From NCBI RefSeq assembly GCF_018350175.1, contig NC_058369.1, forward strand, positions 6,450,001 to 6,514,000: a stretch of DNA of 64,000 bases. Direction: 5' to 3'. Under the pieces are notes generated by a model. That model was not told the DNA's origin, made no database searches, and saw only the letters and a program-made list of their open reading frames with translations. Shown here one piece after another: positions 1 to 14,600 of the stretch (position 1 is its first letter; the number at the start of each line of letters is the position of its first letter). This DNA is from Felis catus (taxonomy: Eukaryota). Made by a program: the position numbers and the translations under genes.

Positions 1-2588
1 TGTGGATCGTTCCGGATCGTGTTGATGGGGACAGCTCCCTGCTGGCCCCGTGTCGCTCCGTCGGTGGGAGAGGAGACAGGTGCCTAGCTCATGACTGTGC
101 TCCTGGGTAAATGAGCTTGCGCGTGTTTCGGTTCAGAGGGTCACTGGGTTGTGTGCTTTCCTTTTGTTGTGAGTCAATTTAATTTGTTACTGCTAATAAA
201 ATCCGGAGCTTACCTGGCCCTGAAGCCTCAGCTCATTGAGAAAGCTTTGAAGGCGTGTTGTTTTCAGAGGCTGGCTTTGGAAAAAGTGGAGGATGGAGTA
301 AAATCCTCTCCTGTTCCAGGACAGGAGCATCTCCCAAAAACTGAATTTACCTTATTACTGACTAAACGGGCAACTCGATCCCAAGGGGTCAGTTTTTCTA
401 GAATTACCTCCTTCTGTATCAAGAACACTTTGACTAAGGTCTCTGGATAGGGGCCCTGGCACACAAACTATAAGGCAATGTCAAAAAACAGTATTTTATT
501 TATTTATTTATTTATTGAAAAATGTGTTTTAGGCAGTTTTTAAAAAGTTTATTTATTTCGAAAAGAAAAATGTTTATTTATTTTGAAAGAGAGAGAGCAC
601 GAGCAGGGGAGGGGCAGAGAGAGAGAGGGAGTCACAGAATCGGAAGCAGGCTCCCGGCTCCGAGCTGTCAGCACAGAGCCCAACGCGGGGCTCGAACCCA
701 CAGACCGTGAGATCATGACCTGAGCCGAAGTCGGATGCTTAACCGACTGAGCCACCTGGCACCCCCGAAATTCAGTACTTTAATGTGGTATTTAGTTTTT
801 ATTTTTTGTTGTGGTTAGAGAATGCGGGGGAGGGGGAGGGAGGGAGAGAGAGAGAGAGAATCTCAAGCAGGCTCTGTGCTCATCAGGGAGCCTGATTTGG
901 GGCTCTATCCCATGACCCGGGGGTCACGACCTGAGCCGAAATCAGGAGTCCGGCGCTCAACTGACTGAGCCACTCAGACCCCCCTTTAATGCGGTATTTT
1001 TTTTTAAGTGCAATTTATGGCCCAAACATTCATGATGAGTAAAATTTCAAAATTTTATTTTATTTAAAAAAAAATTTTTTTTTAATGTTTATTTTTGAGA
1101 CAGAGAGAGACAGAGCATGAACGGGGGAGGGGCAGAGAGAAGAGGGAGACACAGAATCTGAAACAGGCTCCAGGCTCTGAGCTGTCAGCACAGAGCCCGA
1201 CGCGGGGCCTGAACTCACAGACTGTGAGATCGTGACCCGAGCCGAAGTCGGACACTCAACCGACTGAGCCACCCAGGTGCCCCCAAATTTCAAAATTTTA
1301 AATAAAAAATGGGATCTGACCCTGCTCACCTCACCCCAATCATGGTCCTGTTCCGGTTTTAATTAACGTTTTGATGTTTTGTGCACTATGGACTTTTTGG
1401 CCTCAACTGTGAGTTTTAAAACTATCGTTTGTCCCGATGACAGAGTGTTTTGCCACCCCCTTACGTCTTGAGCCCGAGGTGAGGGGGCAGTGAGAGTGAG
1501 AGGTAAGTGAGCCCGGGAGTCTGGGCAGTTTTGTCAGCGCATTCTACAGATGGAGAAACTGAGGCCCGTGGAGGCTGGGTTTCCCTCCTGTGGTCACAGG
1601 CAGCAAACTGGGGCAGGGATTTAGGCCTGAGCAGTCAGACTGCAGAATCCATAGTCTTCTGGCTTTTAGCTTCTCGCCGACTTCCTACCTTTGTGTGTGA
1701 GGTTTCCCTGCTTGTTTACGGGAGGAGACACCCCTGTTCCTTTTGGCTTTTACGTTGAATTGCATCATAGCAACACGGATTATGCAGAACCTTGTCACCT
1801 AAGTGCTCAAGCTATCAGATTTCTACCTGTGTCTTACTTTTTTTTTAACTTAAAGTTTTTAAAATTTTTTTTAATCATATGTATAGAACATAAAATTTAC
1901 CGTCTTAACCGTTGTTATGTGTCCAGTTCAGTGGTGTTAATTGTATTCGTGTGGTTGTACAGCCATGACCCCCATCTATCTCCAGCGCTGGCCCATCTCT
2001 CCAAACTGAACCTCTGTCTCCACGAAACACTGATGCCCCAGCCCTCTCCTCCCACCCCTGGCTCCCACCATCTACTCACCGTTGTCCGTGGACAGGACTC
2101 CTCTAGGGATCTCCTTATGGGTGGAGTCCAGAAGTATCTATCCTTTTGTGTCTGGCTTATTTCACTGAGCAGATGTCCTCAAGGTTCATCCATATTATTA
2201 TAGCAGGTGTTAGAATGTCCTTCCTTTTTTTTTTTTTATTAATTTTTTTTTAACGTTTATTTATTTTTGAGACAGAGAGAGACAGAGCATGAACAGGGGA
2301 GGGGCAGAGAGAGAGGGAGACACAGAATCTGAAACAGGCTCCAGGCTCTGAGCGGTCAGCACAGAGCCCGACGCGGGGCTCGAACTCACGGACCGTGAGA
2401 TCATGACCTGAGCCGAAGTCGGATGCTTAACCGACCGAGCCACCCAGGCGCCCCTGTCCTTCCTTTTTAAGGTTGAATAATGTTCCAATGTGTGTATGTT
2501 TTCTTGTGTGTCTACCCATCCGTCTGTATTTATAACTATCTAATCACATTTTGCTTATCTATCCAGCCAATTAAAACAAATTTTTTTA

Positions 2589-3010
2589 GGGGCACCTGGG
2601 TGGCTCAGTCAGTTAAGCATCCGACTTCGGCTCAGGTCACGATCTCATGGTTCATGGGTTCGAGCCCCACGTCGGGCTCTGTGCTGACCGCTCAGAGCCT
2701 GGAGCCTGCTTCGGATTCTGTGTCTCCCTCTCTCTCTGCCCCCCCACCCTCACGCTCTGTCTCTCTCTCAAAATAAACATTAAAATTTTTTTAAAAAAAT
2801 TTTTTTAATGTTTATTTTGAGACAGAGACAGAGACAGAGTGCGAGCGGGGGGGGAGGGGCAGAGAGAGAGGGAGACACAGAATCCGAAGCAGACTCCAGG
2901 CTCTGAGCTGTCAGCACAGAGCTGGACATGCGGGGCTCAAACCCATGAACCATGAGATCATGACCTGAGCCGAAGTCGATGCTCAGCCGACTGAGCCACC
3001 CAGGCGCCCC
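2589..3010. mobile_element. Tail-to-tail inverted CanSINE pair
   Basis: + copy 2589-2790 directly followed by - copy ~2800-3010. Degenerate outer repeat tatccagccaatt / tatcctaccaatt. Confidence 0.9.
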
Positions 3011-6000
3011 TATCCTACCAATTTTTAAAAAAGAGTATTTTACATGCTGTAGTCCAAACTGACTTAAAGAGGTATGCAGGGAAAAAGAAGGTCTTTCCAT
3101 GTCGACCCTCTTCCCAGAAGCCACCGCTCCTGTGAGTTTCTTGTTCACCCCGGAGAGGAATTATATGCACGCACGTGTGTGGATGCCACTCACGTCTGCC
3201 TGCCCCCCTTTTTGCACAAATACGCTCTCCTCATTGCTCTGTGCCCTGACTTTCTCCTCTGATAACATTTCTTGGAAGCCGTCTGCATCTTTTTCTTTTG
3301 TGGGCATGTCCTGCGCACTGTCCTTGTGCAGCTTGCAATCTGTGGACGTTTCCAGCCCTTTGTTGTTACCAACAGTGAAGCACTAGGCTGTCCTCATACT
3401 TGAAATGCACAGAATTTTTCTTCAGGAGGGGCTGTCCCGGAGTGCTGGGAGCATCCTTGCCCTCGCTCATGACGTTGGGCGGGTGAAGTACTAGTCACAG
3501 ATGGGGCGGAGCAGAACATTCTGTGTTTTAACCTGTGCGTTATTCACACGTTATTTTTATCCTCAGTCCCACACGGATCTTTTCTGGAGTAAAAACACAC
3601 AACTTTTACAGAGTTGATCTCAACGTCTGCATACACTTGAGAGCAGAAGCTAGAGGTTTCAAATAAATGCCTGGTTGGTTCAGGCTTTGGGGAGGGAGGT
3701 GTGAGTTCTACGTTCATTGCTCTCTGTGAGGTGGAAGAACAAAGCCTTAGTTATTGAGGTGATGCCCGGGCTCAGGTGGGTTTACCGGCACCTCCGGGTG
3801 TAGACCATTACCTTCCACAGTCCTTCCTCCTGGTCTCACCTGTCCCCGAGGCTGTACGGTCAGCATTGCTGCTAGGTTCCATTCCAAGCCTCCAAGGAAG
3901 ATGGGATGGCCAACAGTGGAACCATTTGAGCAGGATTCACGTGTTTTTTTTTTTTTCCAATGTTTATTTTTCTTAGAGAGAGCATGAGCGGGGGTTCGGG
4001 CAGAGAGAGAGGGAGACACAGAATCCGAAGCAGCCTCCAGGCTCCGAGCTGTGTCAGCACAGAGCCCGACGCGGGGCTCGAACTCACAGACCGTGAGATC
4101 ACGACCTGAGCCGAAGTTGGACGTTTAACCGACTGAGCCCCCCCAGGCTCCCCAGCAAGTTTGATGTTTGCTTCCGCACGATCTTGTTGTGAACCGAACT
4201 CAGAAAACCGCAGCTGGCCGAACGAAGCCGCTTAGGCTTACACAAACGTGTGCCTGCGTCTGCGACATCGGCTGGCTCCTCCTGGCCCCCCTGGAGGCTG
4301 TCAGCTGCCACCGAGACTCCGACTGCATCCGATTTCAGACAGCCTCCCCTCGGCCGCTTCACACCCACGTGCACTCCACCCCTCTGCCACCCTCTTCCAC
4401 ACACGCGAACTTGGGACCCTTTGCAAGGGCCAGTGTCTGCTATTTCGCAGTACTTGTGCATTTCTTAACCAATTAGCGTGTGGAAAACGGTGTGACTCTT
4501 TTCTGTTAGATTCCTATTTTGCGTTGTGTCATCAGTGATGGAAGTTTGAGCGCTGTGGCCCTAACCCTGTGTCCACACGCCCTCCCCCCTGCCCCCAAAT
4601 GTGACGAGCTTTAGGAATGCGTATGTCACACTGTCTGCATGTAGAATGGACTCTACTCCATTTCCCAGAGAGTAATAGGGAGTTGAGACCTGGCATCAGC
4701 CCGTGGCCCAGCCAGTCACTTGAGCCCTCAGTCTCATCACCTCCCGGCTCAGGACTGGCCCAAACTCACTGTGGCCAGGCAGAGCTCCCAGCCCATGCAC
4801 GTGAGGGTGTCATCCCATGAGCAGTAGCCACTGCTGGTACAGCATTCCTCTTTGCTGGGCGCTGGTGTGGGACAGTGGATAAAAGAGCCAGGGGCCTGCT
4901 GTCCTGCTGCCCGTACTCAGTGGGCCTGATGTTCAGTAAACATGTCCACAAATAGATGGACCAGATAATTTCAGGTCAGTGATACGTCCTAGGAAGGACT
5001 TATGCCAGGGTGATGACAAGACAGGCCAGGGGGAGTGGGGGCTCCATTAGGTAGAGAGGTCAGGGGGCCCCTTTGGAAGGGAGGCTGTAATGGGATGCAC
5101 TGGGGAGCAAAGTGAATTCCAGGTGGATGCGACTGCATGTGCAAAGGCCCTGAGGTGGCCTGGTGTTTTTTTTTTTTTTTTAAGGACTAGATTTGTGTTG
5201 CCTGGTTATTCAGTGCCACAACTTGAGGCACAGAATGAACCTCAGAGCAACTTTGCAAAATGGGTGGCCACATGGTCTTCCGTTTTACAAAGGGGGAAAT
5301 GGCCTCAGAGGGGTCAAGATACTTGCCAAGGTGCTGTGGATCTTATTCTCTGCCCTAAGCTTCTAGCCACTGGCGTGCATGCCCTGAACAGAATGTCGTG
5401 TGAGGGGCGCCAGGGTGGCTCAGTCGGTTGAGCGTCCGACTTCGGCTCAGGTCATGATCTCGTGGTCCGTGAGTTCGAGCCCCACGTCGGGCTCTGTGCT
5501 GACGGCTCAGAGCCTGGAGCCTGCTTCGGATTCTGTTTCCCGCTCTCTTTCTGCCCCACCCCTGCTTGTGCTCTGTCTCTCTCTTTCAAAAATGAATAAA
5601 CATTAAAAAATAATTACAGAAAAAGAATGCTGTGTGGGATACAAGGGCAGCAGCAGTTCACATCCCTCCGTTAGACCCCCTCACCTTGGCAGCTGCCTCC
5701 AAGGGGTCTCTGGCTCTGGCAGCCATGGCCCAGGGCTTGTCTTGGCCGCTTCCCACCTGTTTCCCCGGAGCTCTGGCTGTTGCCTCCTCACACATGTGAG
5801 AATTGTTCTCCGAAGCTAGTCAAGGTTAGGACGCTTGTGTGTGTGTGTGTGTGTGTTAGACCCCGTTTTTCTGATGCAGAGTTTCTATTTGGGTACCTGC
5901 TGTTGAGTTTTCCAAGGTGGTTTATTTTATTTTATTTTATTTTATTTTTTGGTTGCTAAGGAAAAGTGCCTGAAATTTTCTCTCTGCATCCTGTGGAACT

Positions 6001-9000
6001 CTGTGAATAATGGCTAGCCGGGGGCAAGGAGCTGCCAGGGAAACACAGAGGAAGGAAATTCTGGGGGGTGGGGGGAGGGTGTCTGTTTGAGAACCAAGAT
6101 GCACCTTTGATCTTCAGAGTTCACGAGGGAAACTCAGGGTGAGCTGGGGGTGAGGGCGAGGGGCGGGCCCAGGAAGGCCAAGCCCGCACATAGTTCCGAC
6201 CAGTGGCCGCTCAGGGATCTGTGGCACGAGGTCAGTGACCTCTCGGAGGGGTGGTGGTCATTGCCTGAGAGCAGTTCCAAGAACTGGAGGTCTGTGAGCC
6301 AAATATGAGATGTTTTCCTGGGGGGGTGCGAAGGGCAGATCTTCACCCTAAATCCCTTTCCATGTCCACACACTCTGAGCAGCTGGGGAGACCTCCCTGG
6401 CCGGACCCCAGTCTCTTTGTTCAGACTAGTTTTCTGTCTCTGCATGAGAATTTCCCTCTTTCCAACCTCTTTCTCTCAGGGTCTGTGCGCGCGCGAAGGG
6501 GACATACTCTTGCTTTTGGGTCTTACTCATTTGAAGTTTGAGCCCAACGTCACTCAAGGCCCAGATCCCCAACCTTCCCAGCATTCCGTAATCACAGGCC
6601 TCGGGGAGGAATGTGCCCCAGAGCCCTCCAATTATGGTTTCCTTAGGAAGCTATTAAATCTTGATTTCTGAGAGGAAAATTGGGCATTCTGTGTTTTCCC
6701 TTTCAGTCGCCAGTGTTCTGCCACCGTGGGTGAGCTCTTCTAGAAGCTTCCAAGTGGTTTCGAAGGCCGTTTAGGTACCGTCTGGAAGTGCGGTTACTTT
6801 ACGGCGTAGTTGGGCTTTAGAAAGAGCACATCGTGTGTTTGATTTAGATCCCCGGACAATCATGTTAGCTGTTTCCTTTGAGTGTGGGGCTGCTGGGGAC
6901 CCGGAGGGGCTGTGGATTTGGGTCCAAGCAGACACCTAGGTGCGTCTGGTGAGGACCTTCCGGTGCCGGACTGTGGGGATCCTAGAAAGCAGGGACAGCT
7001 GCAGTTGTTTCTGCCTTGGGTGCCTGGCTTGGGGCTCACGTGTGTTTGCACAGTGGCCGGCTGTATTTTCAGGGTCAGACATCAGTCCAGGGTCCCCAGT
7101 GATCCCAGCTCTCAGGCTGCCTCCCCACCCCCACCCCACACTCGGCAGATTGAGGACGGACAAACAAAAGTGTGGATGAACACACTCTCCCTGAGAATAC
7201 TTGGGGAGGGGGCAGGATAGGAAAGTTCCATGGAGCATGCTTTAAATTTGGTCACTTAATCCATCCAATGCCTCCCCGCCAGTGGGATTCAGGAGGGCTG
7301 CTATTTTGTGCAGGAGTCAAGGCCGACAAAGGAGATAGCTGAGGTGGTTGCTGGTGCCGAGGACACCTTGGAAGCCCCTTTCTTGGGCTCTGCAAGGGGC
7401 CGGATGCTGTGCAGAGAGTGTTTCGTGAATCTTCCCATCTGGTCCTCAAGACAGCCCAAGCTATTACTGTCCCCACCTACACATGGGGAAACCGAGACAT
7501 GGAAAGCCGAGTCAGGAGACTAGGAGGTAGCAGGCACCTACTTTGAGACCACTTGAGGTCTTCCTGAAGTCATAAGTCTTCGTGCTTCACACTGGGGTGA
7601 TTTGAAGCCGTGGACTCCAGATGTGACGAGAAAGCCCCAGAGAGCAGATACGGACAAGACAGAACTTCTCCAAGCCTGTTCATCATGCAGGAGGGATGGG
7701 GACCCGTGGCCCACTGTCCGTCTGTGTATCAGCTTGTTGCCTGGCGGCGAAGCTGGAAGGAGAAGCTGTGGGGACAAAGGGTTCTGCCAGAAGGTGGCAT
7801 TGGGCTCTCTGGTTGGTCAGTGCAAGAAAGAAACACTTTAGCTTTTACAGAATAACCTTCTGGGGAAATTAACAAGTCCCCGTGAAATTGTCTGGAGTAT
7901 CAGAGTCATTGGTAGCTAAATGTTCTTGATTTGTAACTAAATGTTCCTGTTTCAGAGCCATCTGTCTGCCTCCCCAAGAGGGTGGATTTGTGTCTGTTCT
8001 ACTCACCAGAGTTTAGGATGGTGTCTGTCACCCAATAGGGGCTCAGATCTGTGGCCTGAGGGGGTTGTGTTTTGCTACCTAGTGAATTTTTTTTTATTTT
8101 TTGATGTTTATTCATTTTTGAGAGACAGAGACAGAGTGCAAGCAGGGGAGGGGCAGAGAGAGAGGGAGACACAAAATCCAAAGCAGGCTCCAGGCTCCGA
8201 GCTGTCAGCACTGAGCCTGACGCGGGGCTTGAACTCATGAACCACAAGATCATGACTTCACGGGGCTTGAACTCATGAATCGCGAGATCATAACTTGAGC
8301 CGAAGTCAGACGTTTAACCAAGTGAGCCATTCAGGTGCCCCCACCTAGTGATTTTTTTTTTAAGTTTATTTATGAGAGAGAGAGAGAGAGCGCGCGCGCA
8401 CACGAGCGCCTGAGCAGGGGAGGAGCAGAGAGAGAGAGAGAGACAGAAAATCCCAAGCAGGCTCTGTGCCGTCAGCACAGAGCCCAACGTAGGTCTCGAC
8501 CACACAAAGTGTCAGATCATGACCTGAGCTGAAATAAAGAGTTGGATGCTTAACGGACTGAGCCACCCAGGTGCCCCACCTAGTGAGCTTTTTAATTAAG
8601 AAACCAAGAGTTCGTAGACCCTGTCTGTAAAGGTCAAAGGGGTTTCTAGGGTATCTCCATGGTGCAGAAAACAATCCGCCTGTCAATAAATACTGACCAG
8701 AGAGCGAGGGTATGGACGCTGTTGATCCTGGCGGGGAAGCAGAATTCCTCCGTGGTCATAGTCTGGCGTGTACAAGAGCCCAGTAAGCTTTCTTGCCATC
8801 AAGCAAGAAGGTGACTTCGCTTGGGTGTGGAAAAACTGCCCATCTTTTCCGATGCTACCTGGCATCCAGTCTGATGGGAAAGCATTTCCGTGGCTTTATT
8901 TTCCTTCATGCGTTTTTCCCAAAGTGTGTGCCTGGAGGCAGCATAGGTCGAAGTTCCAGGAAGTTCCAGGTGTATGGGCTGTTGGCTCAGGTAGATGGAG

Positions 9001-9345
9001 GGCTGCAAAGTGCATCTGAAGAGCTAGTGAGGTCTGAGGATCCGGTGGCAAAGGGGCAAACTCATTCTTTTCTCTGGTTGAAATTAACATGGGCAGGAAA
9101 TGGGTCCCCTCCCCTCCCCCCCAATCAGAGAACTCCATCTTTTTCTAATAGAGTAGCAAGGTCTGAGCTGTATACACTGTAGTGTCCCAAAGCCATGGGG
9201 CTTTGGGTGTGGAGGTGACATGTGGAGCTTCTGGTCCTTCCTAGACAGAAAATAAAGCAGCCAGACTGGCTTTAGGAACCAACTCAATAAAGAAATAAGC
9301 TGGAAGTTGTCTCCCTTTGGTCACAATGAAATTGAAACGAGTGTA

Positions 9346-9922
<577 letters not shown>

Positions 9923-10369
9923 GAAGTAAACTGTATTTTATTTCATGGTGTATCTGCAGAAATGTAGTACATTCTACTGTTTGCTTTTGTCCTGGAGAAG
10001 CTGAGGAGATTTTCTCCACTCCCTGTCACTGTGTCTAAACTCCACTAGCTCATGGATGTAGCAGCTCCTGGGACATCAGCTTCTGTTGACCTGTGTACGT
10101 TCAAGACCACCGTGTACTTGTTGTTGAAAAGCCACCTGTCATGTGAGCAAGCATTCCTTTTTATGGTGGAGATTGTCCTCAGGGAAACCCTCCTTGCAAT
10201 TCAGACCTTCGCAGCGGCAGATTTCAAACTCCCACATTCCCCATTTACACCTCCTTGTTCCCTAGGAGGCTGTGGTTTCTTTCTCTGTCTCCCCACCACT
10301 AGAAAATGGTTATACTTAATCCCAAATATGACACCCCGAACTTGACCATGTGCGTAAATATGAACAGAG

Positions 10370-12210
10370 AAAAATAGGCAAAGAACTCAAGGCCAAAGGC
10401 ATTATTAGAGAGTAAAGGAGATGTGTTACATTGTGTGAAGGGATAATTCTTTTTTTTTTTTTATTTTTTTTAACGTTTATTTATTTTTGAGACAGAGAGA
10501 GACAGAGCATGAATGGGGGAGGGTCAGAGAGAGGGAGACACAGAATCCGAAACAGGCTCCAGGCTCTGAGCTGTCAGCACAGAGCCCAACGCGGGGCTCG
10601 AACTCACGGACCGCGAGATCATGACCTGAGCCGAAGTCGGCCGCTTAACCGACTGAGCCACCCAGGCGTCCCAGGGATAATTCTTAATGAGGGCCCACCA
10701 GCATAGTATCAAACTTTAGAGAGTAAATGGTAGGAAATACAAGAAGAATTGAGAAACGATTGGGGAACTTCAAATACAGTCTTGCTCATGTACATAAACC
10801 TCGATTAGGCAACAAGGAGTTTGGATAATATGGTTAATAAGATTGTGGTAATAACAGATACAGACTGAACTTTGTACTCTGCAAATAATACACATTTTAA
10901 AGTGCTCTTGGAATATTTAGAAAAATTAATCATCTGTTAAATCTCCAAAAAAAAAAAGAGCCCCAACACAATCTAGTCCAAAAAGCAGACGTTGCACTGG
11001 CCCTAATCTCTTGCTGCAAGTGAATGTAAGTGGAAATTAATTTTTAAAAGCTTAACTGATCAAGCATGCAAGACAGACGCCTACCATGTGATAATTAAAA
11101 ACAAAACATAACTCTTTGGTGAGGGAGGATCTCAATCTATAAGTATAGACTCTTTAGAAGGCAGTGGAGTGGGGACGCCTGGGTGGCTCAGTTGATTAAG
11201 TGTCCGACTTTGGCTCAGGTCCTGATCTCACGGTTCATGGTTCGAGCCCTGCGTCGGGCTCTGTGCTGACAGCTTGGAGCCTGGATGCTGCTTTGGATTC
11301 TGTGTCTCCCTCTCTCTATCCCCTCCCCTGCTTGTACTCTGTCTCTCTCTCTTTCAAAGATAAATAAACATTTTAAAAAATCATAGAAGGCAGTGGAGCG
11401 GATACAGAGACCAGTGCAGGGCTGTAAGTGATCACGCAGAGAAATCACAAAAATGAGACAATGAATAATAGAACAAATCTATATGGGAAGAAGGAAATAA
11501 TAAATTAACAGGGACTAACTGATTTAGGAAACAAATAGAATGGACAATCCCAAGAACTGGGTCTTTCAGAGCTGCAGTGCCCAGTAAGGTAGCAACTAGC
11601 CTCATGAATATTGCTTCTCAGTCACGTTAGCCAGATTTCCAGCTCTCAGTGGCTACGTGTGGCTTGTGAATTTGGACAGCACAGATACAGAACTTTTCTA
11701 TCAATGTAGAAAGTTTATAGGACAGTGCTGCTTTCCAAAGAATTTATAAAGTAATGTAAGAAAAAAATTGGGGGAGGGGGAAGAGCAAATATTGTACATA
11801 TAACTAAGAATGAAAATAGAAATTTAATTTAAAACCCACTAAAAATTAGGTCTGGTAATACTTTTGGAAATATTATTGAAATAACTTTACTTAGTGTTTT
11901 AAGTGCTTATTTTATTTAGATTGATCCATACACTGTGAAAGAACCGAAGGCTGTGAATTTGCCCCAAGAGCAGCAATGCCTGCACCTCATAAGCTGTGCC
12001 ATTACTATTGTTAATTTCTAAGTAGCCTGTAAAGTTTACCTTGGTCCAAGAAGCAGAAAACATGAGTAGGTAGAAACAACTTTTAAAAAGTTAACTTTTA
12101 CAGTAACTGCCTAACACATGTATGTATTACATACACAAATGAAGAAAACTTTAAAAATTGTCCACAACAAACAAATAGGGGTCCTTGCACTTTGCAAGAG
12201 TGGTTTTTAG
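10370..12210 (+). mobile_element. Ancient L1 (ORF2 endonuclease/linker) relic with SINE and MER3-like insertions
   Basis: A-rich sense sequence. The stretch ...gtaaaggagatgtgttacattgtgtgaagggataattc resembles L1 DKEGHYIMIKGSI. Boundaries are approximate. Confidence 0.55.
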
Positions 12211-13479
12211 GATCAGACTGGGGTGGGCTGAGGAGGGACTTAGCAAACAAAAAGACAATCAATTGAGTGCAGAAACCTTGATGTTCTAGACTCCACACCT
12301 CAAACCCAGGCCAGGCAAGTCCGAGCACCCAGCTTCCTTGTTTGTCATTTGTCTTGTGAGTCGTGTCCAGCTGCCCAAGGTGAAAACTTGGGACCCAACT
12401 GGGAGATAAGTCCTGAAGGCTCCACCTCCCTGGTGGTTTCAGAAGCCAGCCTCTTCCTTCCTGTCTCCTCTGCCCTTGCCTTCCTCAGCTGTCCACCAGA
12501 GAGCTAGAAAATTGCCCCACACATGGATCTGATGGTGTCTTTTCTGGTTGAAGCCCTTCTTTGGCTCCTCCTGAGGTGCATAGTCCAAGCCTCTCCGCTC
12601 CCTAACCTTCCTGTCTGCCCTGACCTCCCATGCCTCTTCACCTGTACTTTGCCCTTCATCAACTCTGAACTGTTTATAGTTCCCTAAAGGCAGCTCTGAT
12701 GATTCATGCATTTGCACATACTGTACCTCTCCTGATGGGATAAAGCCAGTATCCCACTTGCTCTCCCATCTTTTTTTCCCCCCGTGTGAGCTTTACTGTG
12801 CACCTACTGTGTGCATTGCTCTGGGATGCAGTAATAAGACAGGCAAGGTCCTTCCTTTCACAGGGCTCACCTGTCTCTTGTGCATGTTGGGAAAGAAGAA
12901 ACCGTGTCTGCATTCATTTCTGCATACCAGTGCCTAGTAGGGGCCAGGTCTGGGTGGGCCAGGGTGGGGAACAGGTGAATAAAACCCACAGTAGAACTCC
13001 GTGATGCCACACCCAGTCCCATTCTCCTTGGGAGACCTGGGTTCGAGTTTTGATCCTGCTGCCTGCTAGCTGAGTTGGCATTAGCAAAGCGGCTTTTCTG
13101 TGCCTCAAAAGGAGATGTGGGTTGAACGTTGTATTCTGCAAACGGAATACATACACATTTTAAAGTGTATTCTTGGTCCGGTGTGGTTAGAGATAACGCC
13201 CATTCATTGCCTCAGTTTACCAGAATTGGAAATACACATTGAGCACACCGGTCTGATGTCTTCAAATCTACAGGGAACACTGGCTAGAGGGTACCCCCAA
13301 GATAGCCTGTAGATTTTCTTAAAAGTGTAACTTATGAGTATGGTCCTTGGTCTTCTGGGTGAGTGGTGGGTGGAAATATCGGGGGTAGGGTCCGAGAGAG
13401 CACAGTCCCTGTTGTGTGGGCTCTGCCCTTGCCACTACCCCTGGCCTCCGACTTGGGGGATTTTGCTGTGTGACCCTGG

Positions 13480-14600
13480 AGAACCGCTGCCCTCCTCTGG
13501 GCCCCTCCCGAGGGAGGCCCGCGGCCAGGGCGCCCCTCGGCCATCCCAGGCGGTGCCACGCGGTGACCCGATCTCCTCCCGGGCACACGCCCAGCTCGCG
13601 CGCAGCCCAAGACGCGCAGTCGTGCTAGGGGCCGCCCGCACACTCGGTTTCATCCTTTCTTTAACTTCTTCCGAAGTTCCATTCTTTGCAAGCCCGCCCT
13701 GCAGGGTCTGCATCCTCGAGAGGACACCGCCCCCCCCCCCCCCCCACCGCTGCCTCCCAAGACACACACACCCTCCCCGGGGCCCCCGGCGCGGACCGCC
13801 TAGCGGCGGTCACAGCCGCGAGCACCAGTCCGCAGACCGAGCCCCGCGCGCCCGGGGGCGGGGCCAGAACTCCGGCAGCACGCCCGTTTATTGGCTGAGC
13901 GCGAGGGCGGCGCTGCGGCCGCCGCCACTGCCCGGCCCGGATTCCACGGAACGGAACGCGCCTCGGGCTTTGTACTGCGCGGCTGCCGCTGGCTCGAGGG
14001 GGCGGGGCCCGCCCTTGGACCGCCTGTCCATTAGGAACTACACACACGCAGATACCTGCAACCGACCAATCCTGAGGCTGCCTTCACGGGGAGCCACCGT
14101 CCCCCCTTCCCCAGGCCCACCCCCTTCCTGGCCTGCGCGCGACGCCGTATGTCTCCGAAGAGCCTCGCCAGTCAATAACACACGCGTCTGGAAAGCGAAT
14201 CGGTTCGCGCGCGCGTGGGGGCGGCATTGTTAGGGAAAGAAAAGGGAGCGTCCCTGGTTCAAGGACACGCGTCCTTGCGGCGTCGCGTCTCGTGGGTCGC
14301 GGACGCGAAAGGGTGTCTGCTGACCCTCCCCGGCCCCACCCTCCACCCCCCACCCCCGCCGCCAGCTGTCAGAAGGTCGCCCCAGGCTCTCACCCCACCG
14401 TTAGATCATCCTCTGGATTTCGGCGGGAGAGATTTCCCGGGGTGGGGGTGTGCCCGCGCCCGGGGGGCTCGGGGATCCGGGCCGGGTGTGGGGGAGAAGG
14501 GCTGCGACACCGAGTAAATGACTCTGCAGAGTTTATAAAATTCACACTTGCAAAGAGCCGCGGGGCCCTGCGGGGAATGTGTCTGCAGGCCCATGACGCA
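13480..14600. promoter_or_regulatory. Intronic CpG island with promoter-type motifs (INSR intron 2)
   Basis: Abrupt ~1.1-kb GC- and CpG-dense, repeat-free block. GC boxes GGGGCGGGGC at ~13855-13864 and ~13999-14008, inverted CCAAT (ATTGG 13890-13894), forward CCAAT (14066-14070), TATAAAA at 14534-14540. Confidence 0.85.

Noticed and set aside
5404..5490. tRNA-like A/B box sequence at SINE heads
   Set aside because: tRNA-derived SINE promoter region followed by (CT)n and an A tail, not a tRNA gene.
13334..14233. 299-aa ATG-initiated ORF across the CpG island
   Set aside because: Pro/Arg/Ala/Gly-rich with no recognisable domain. Long open frames are expected in stop-poor GC-rich DNA, and overlapping ORFs occur in several frames.
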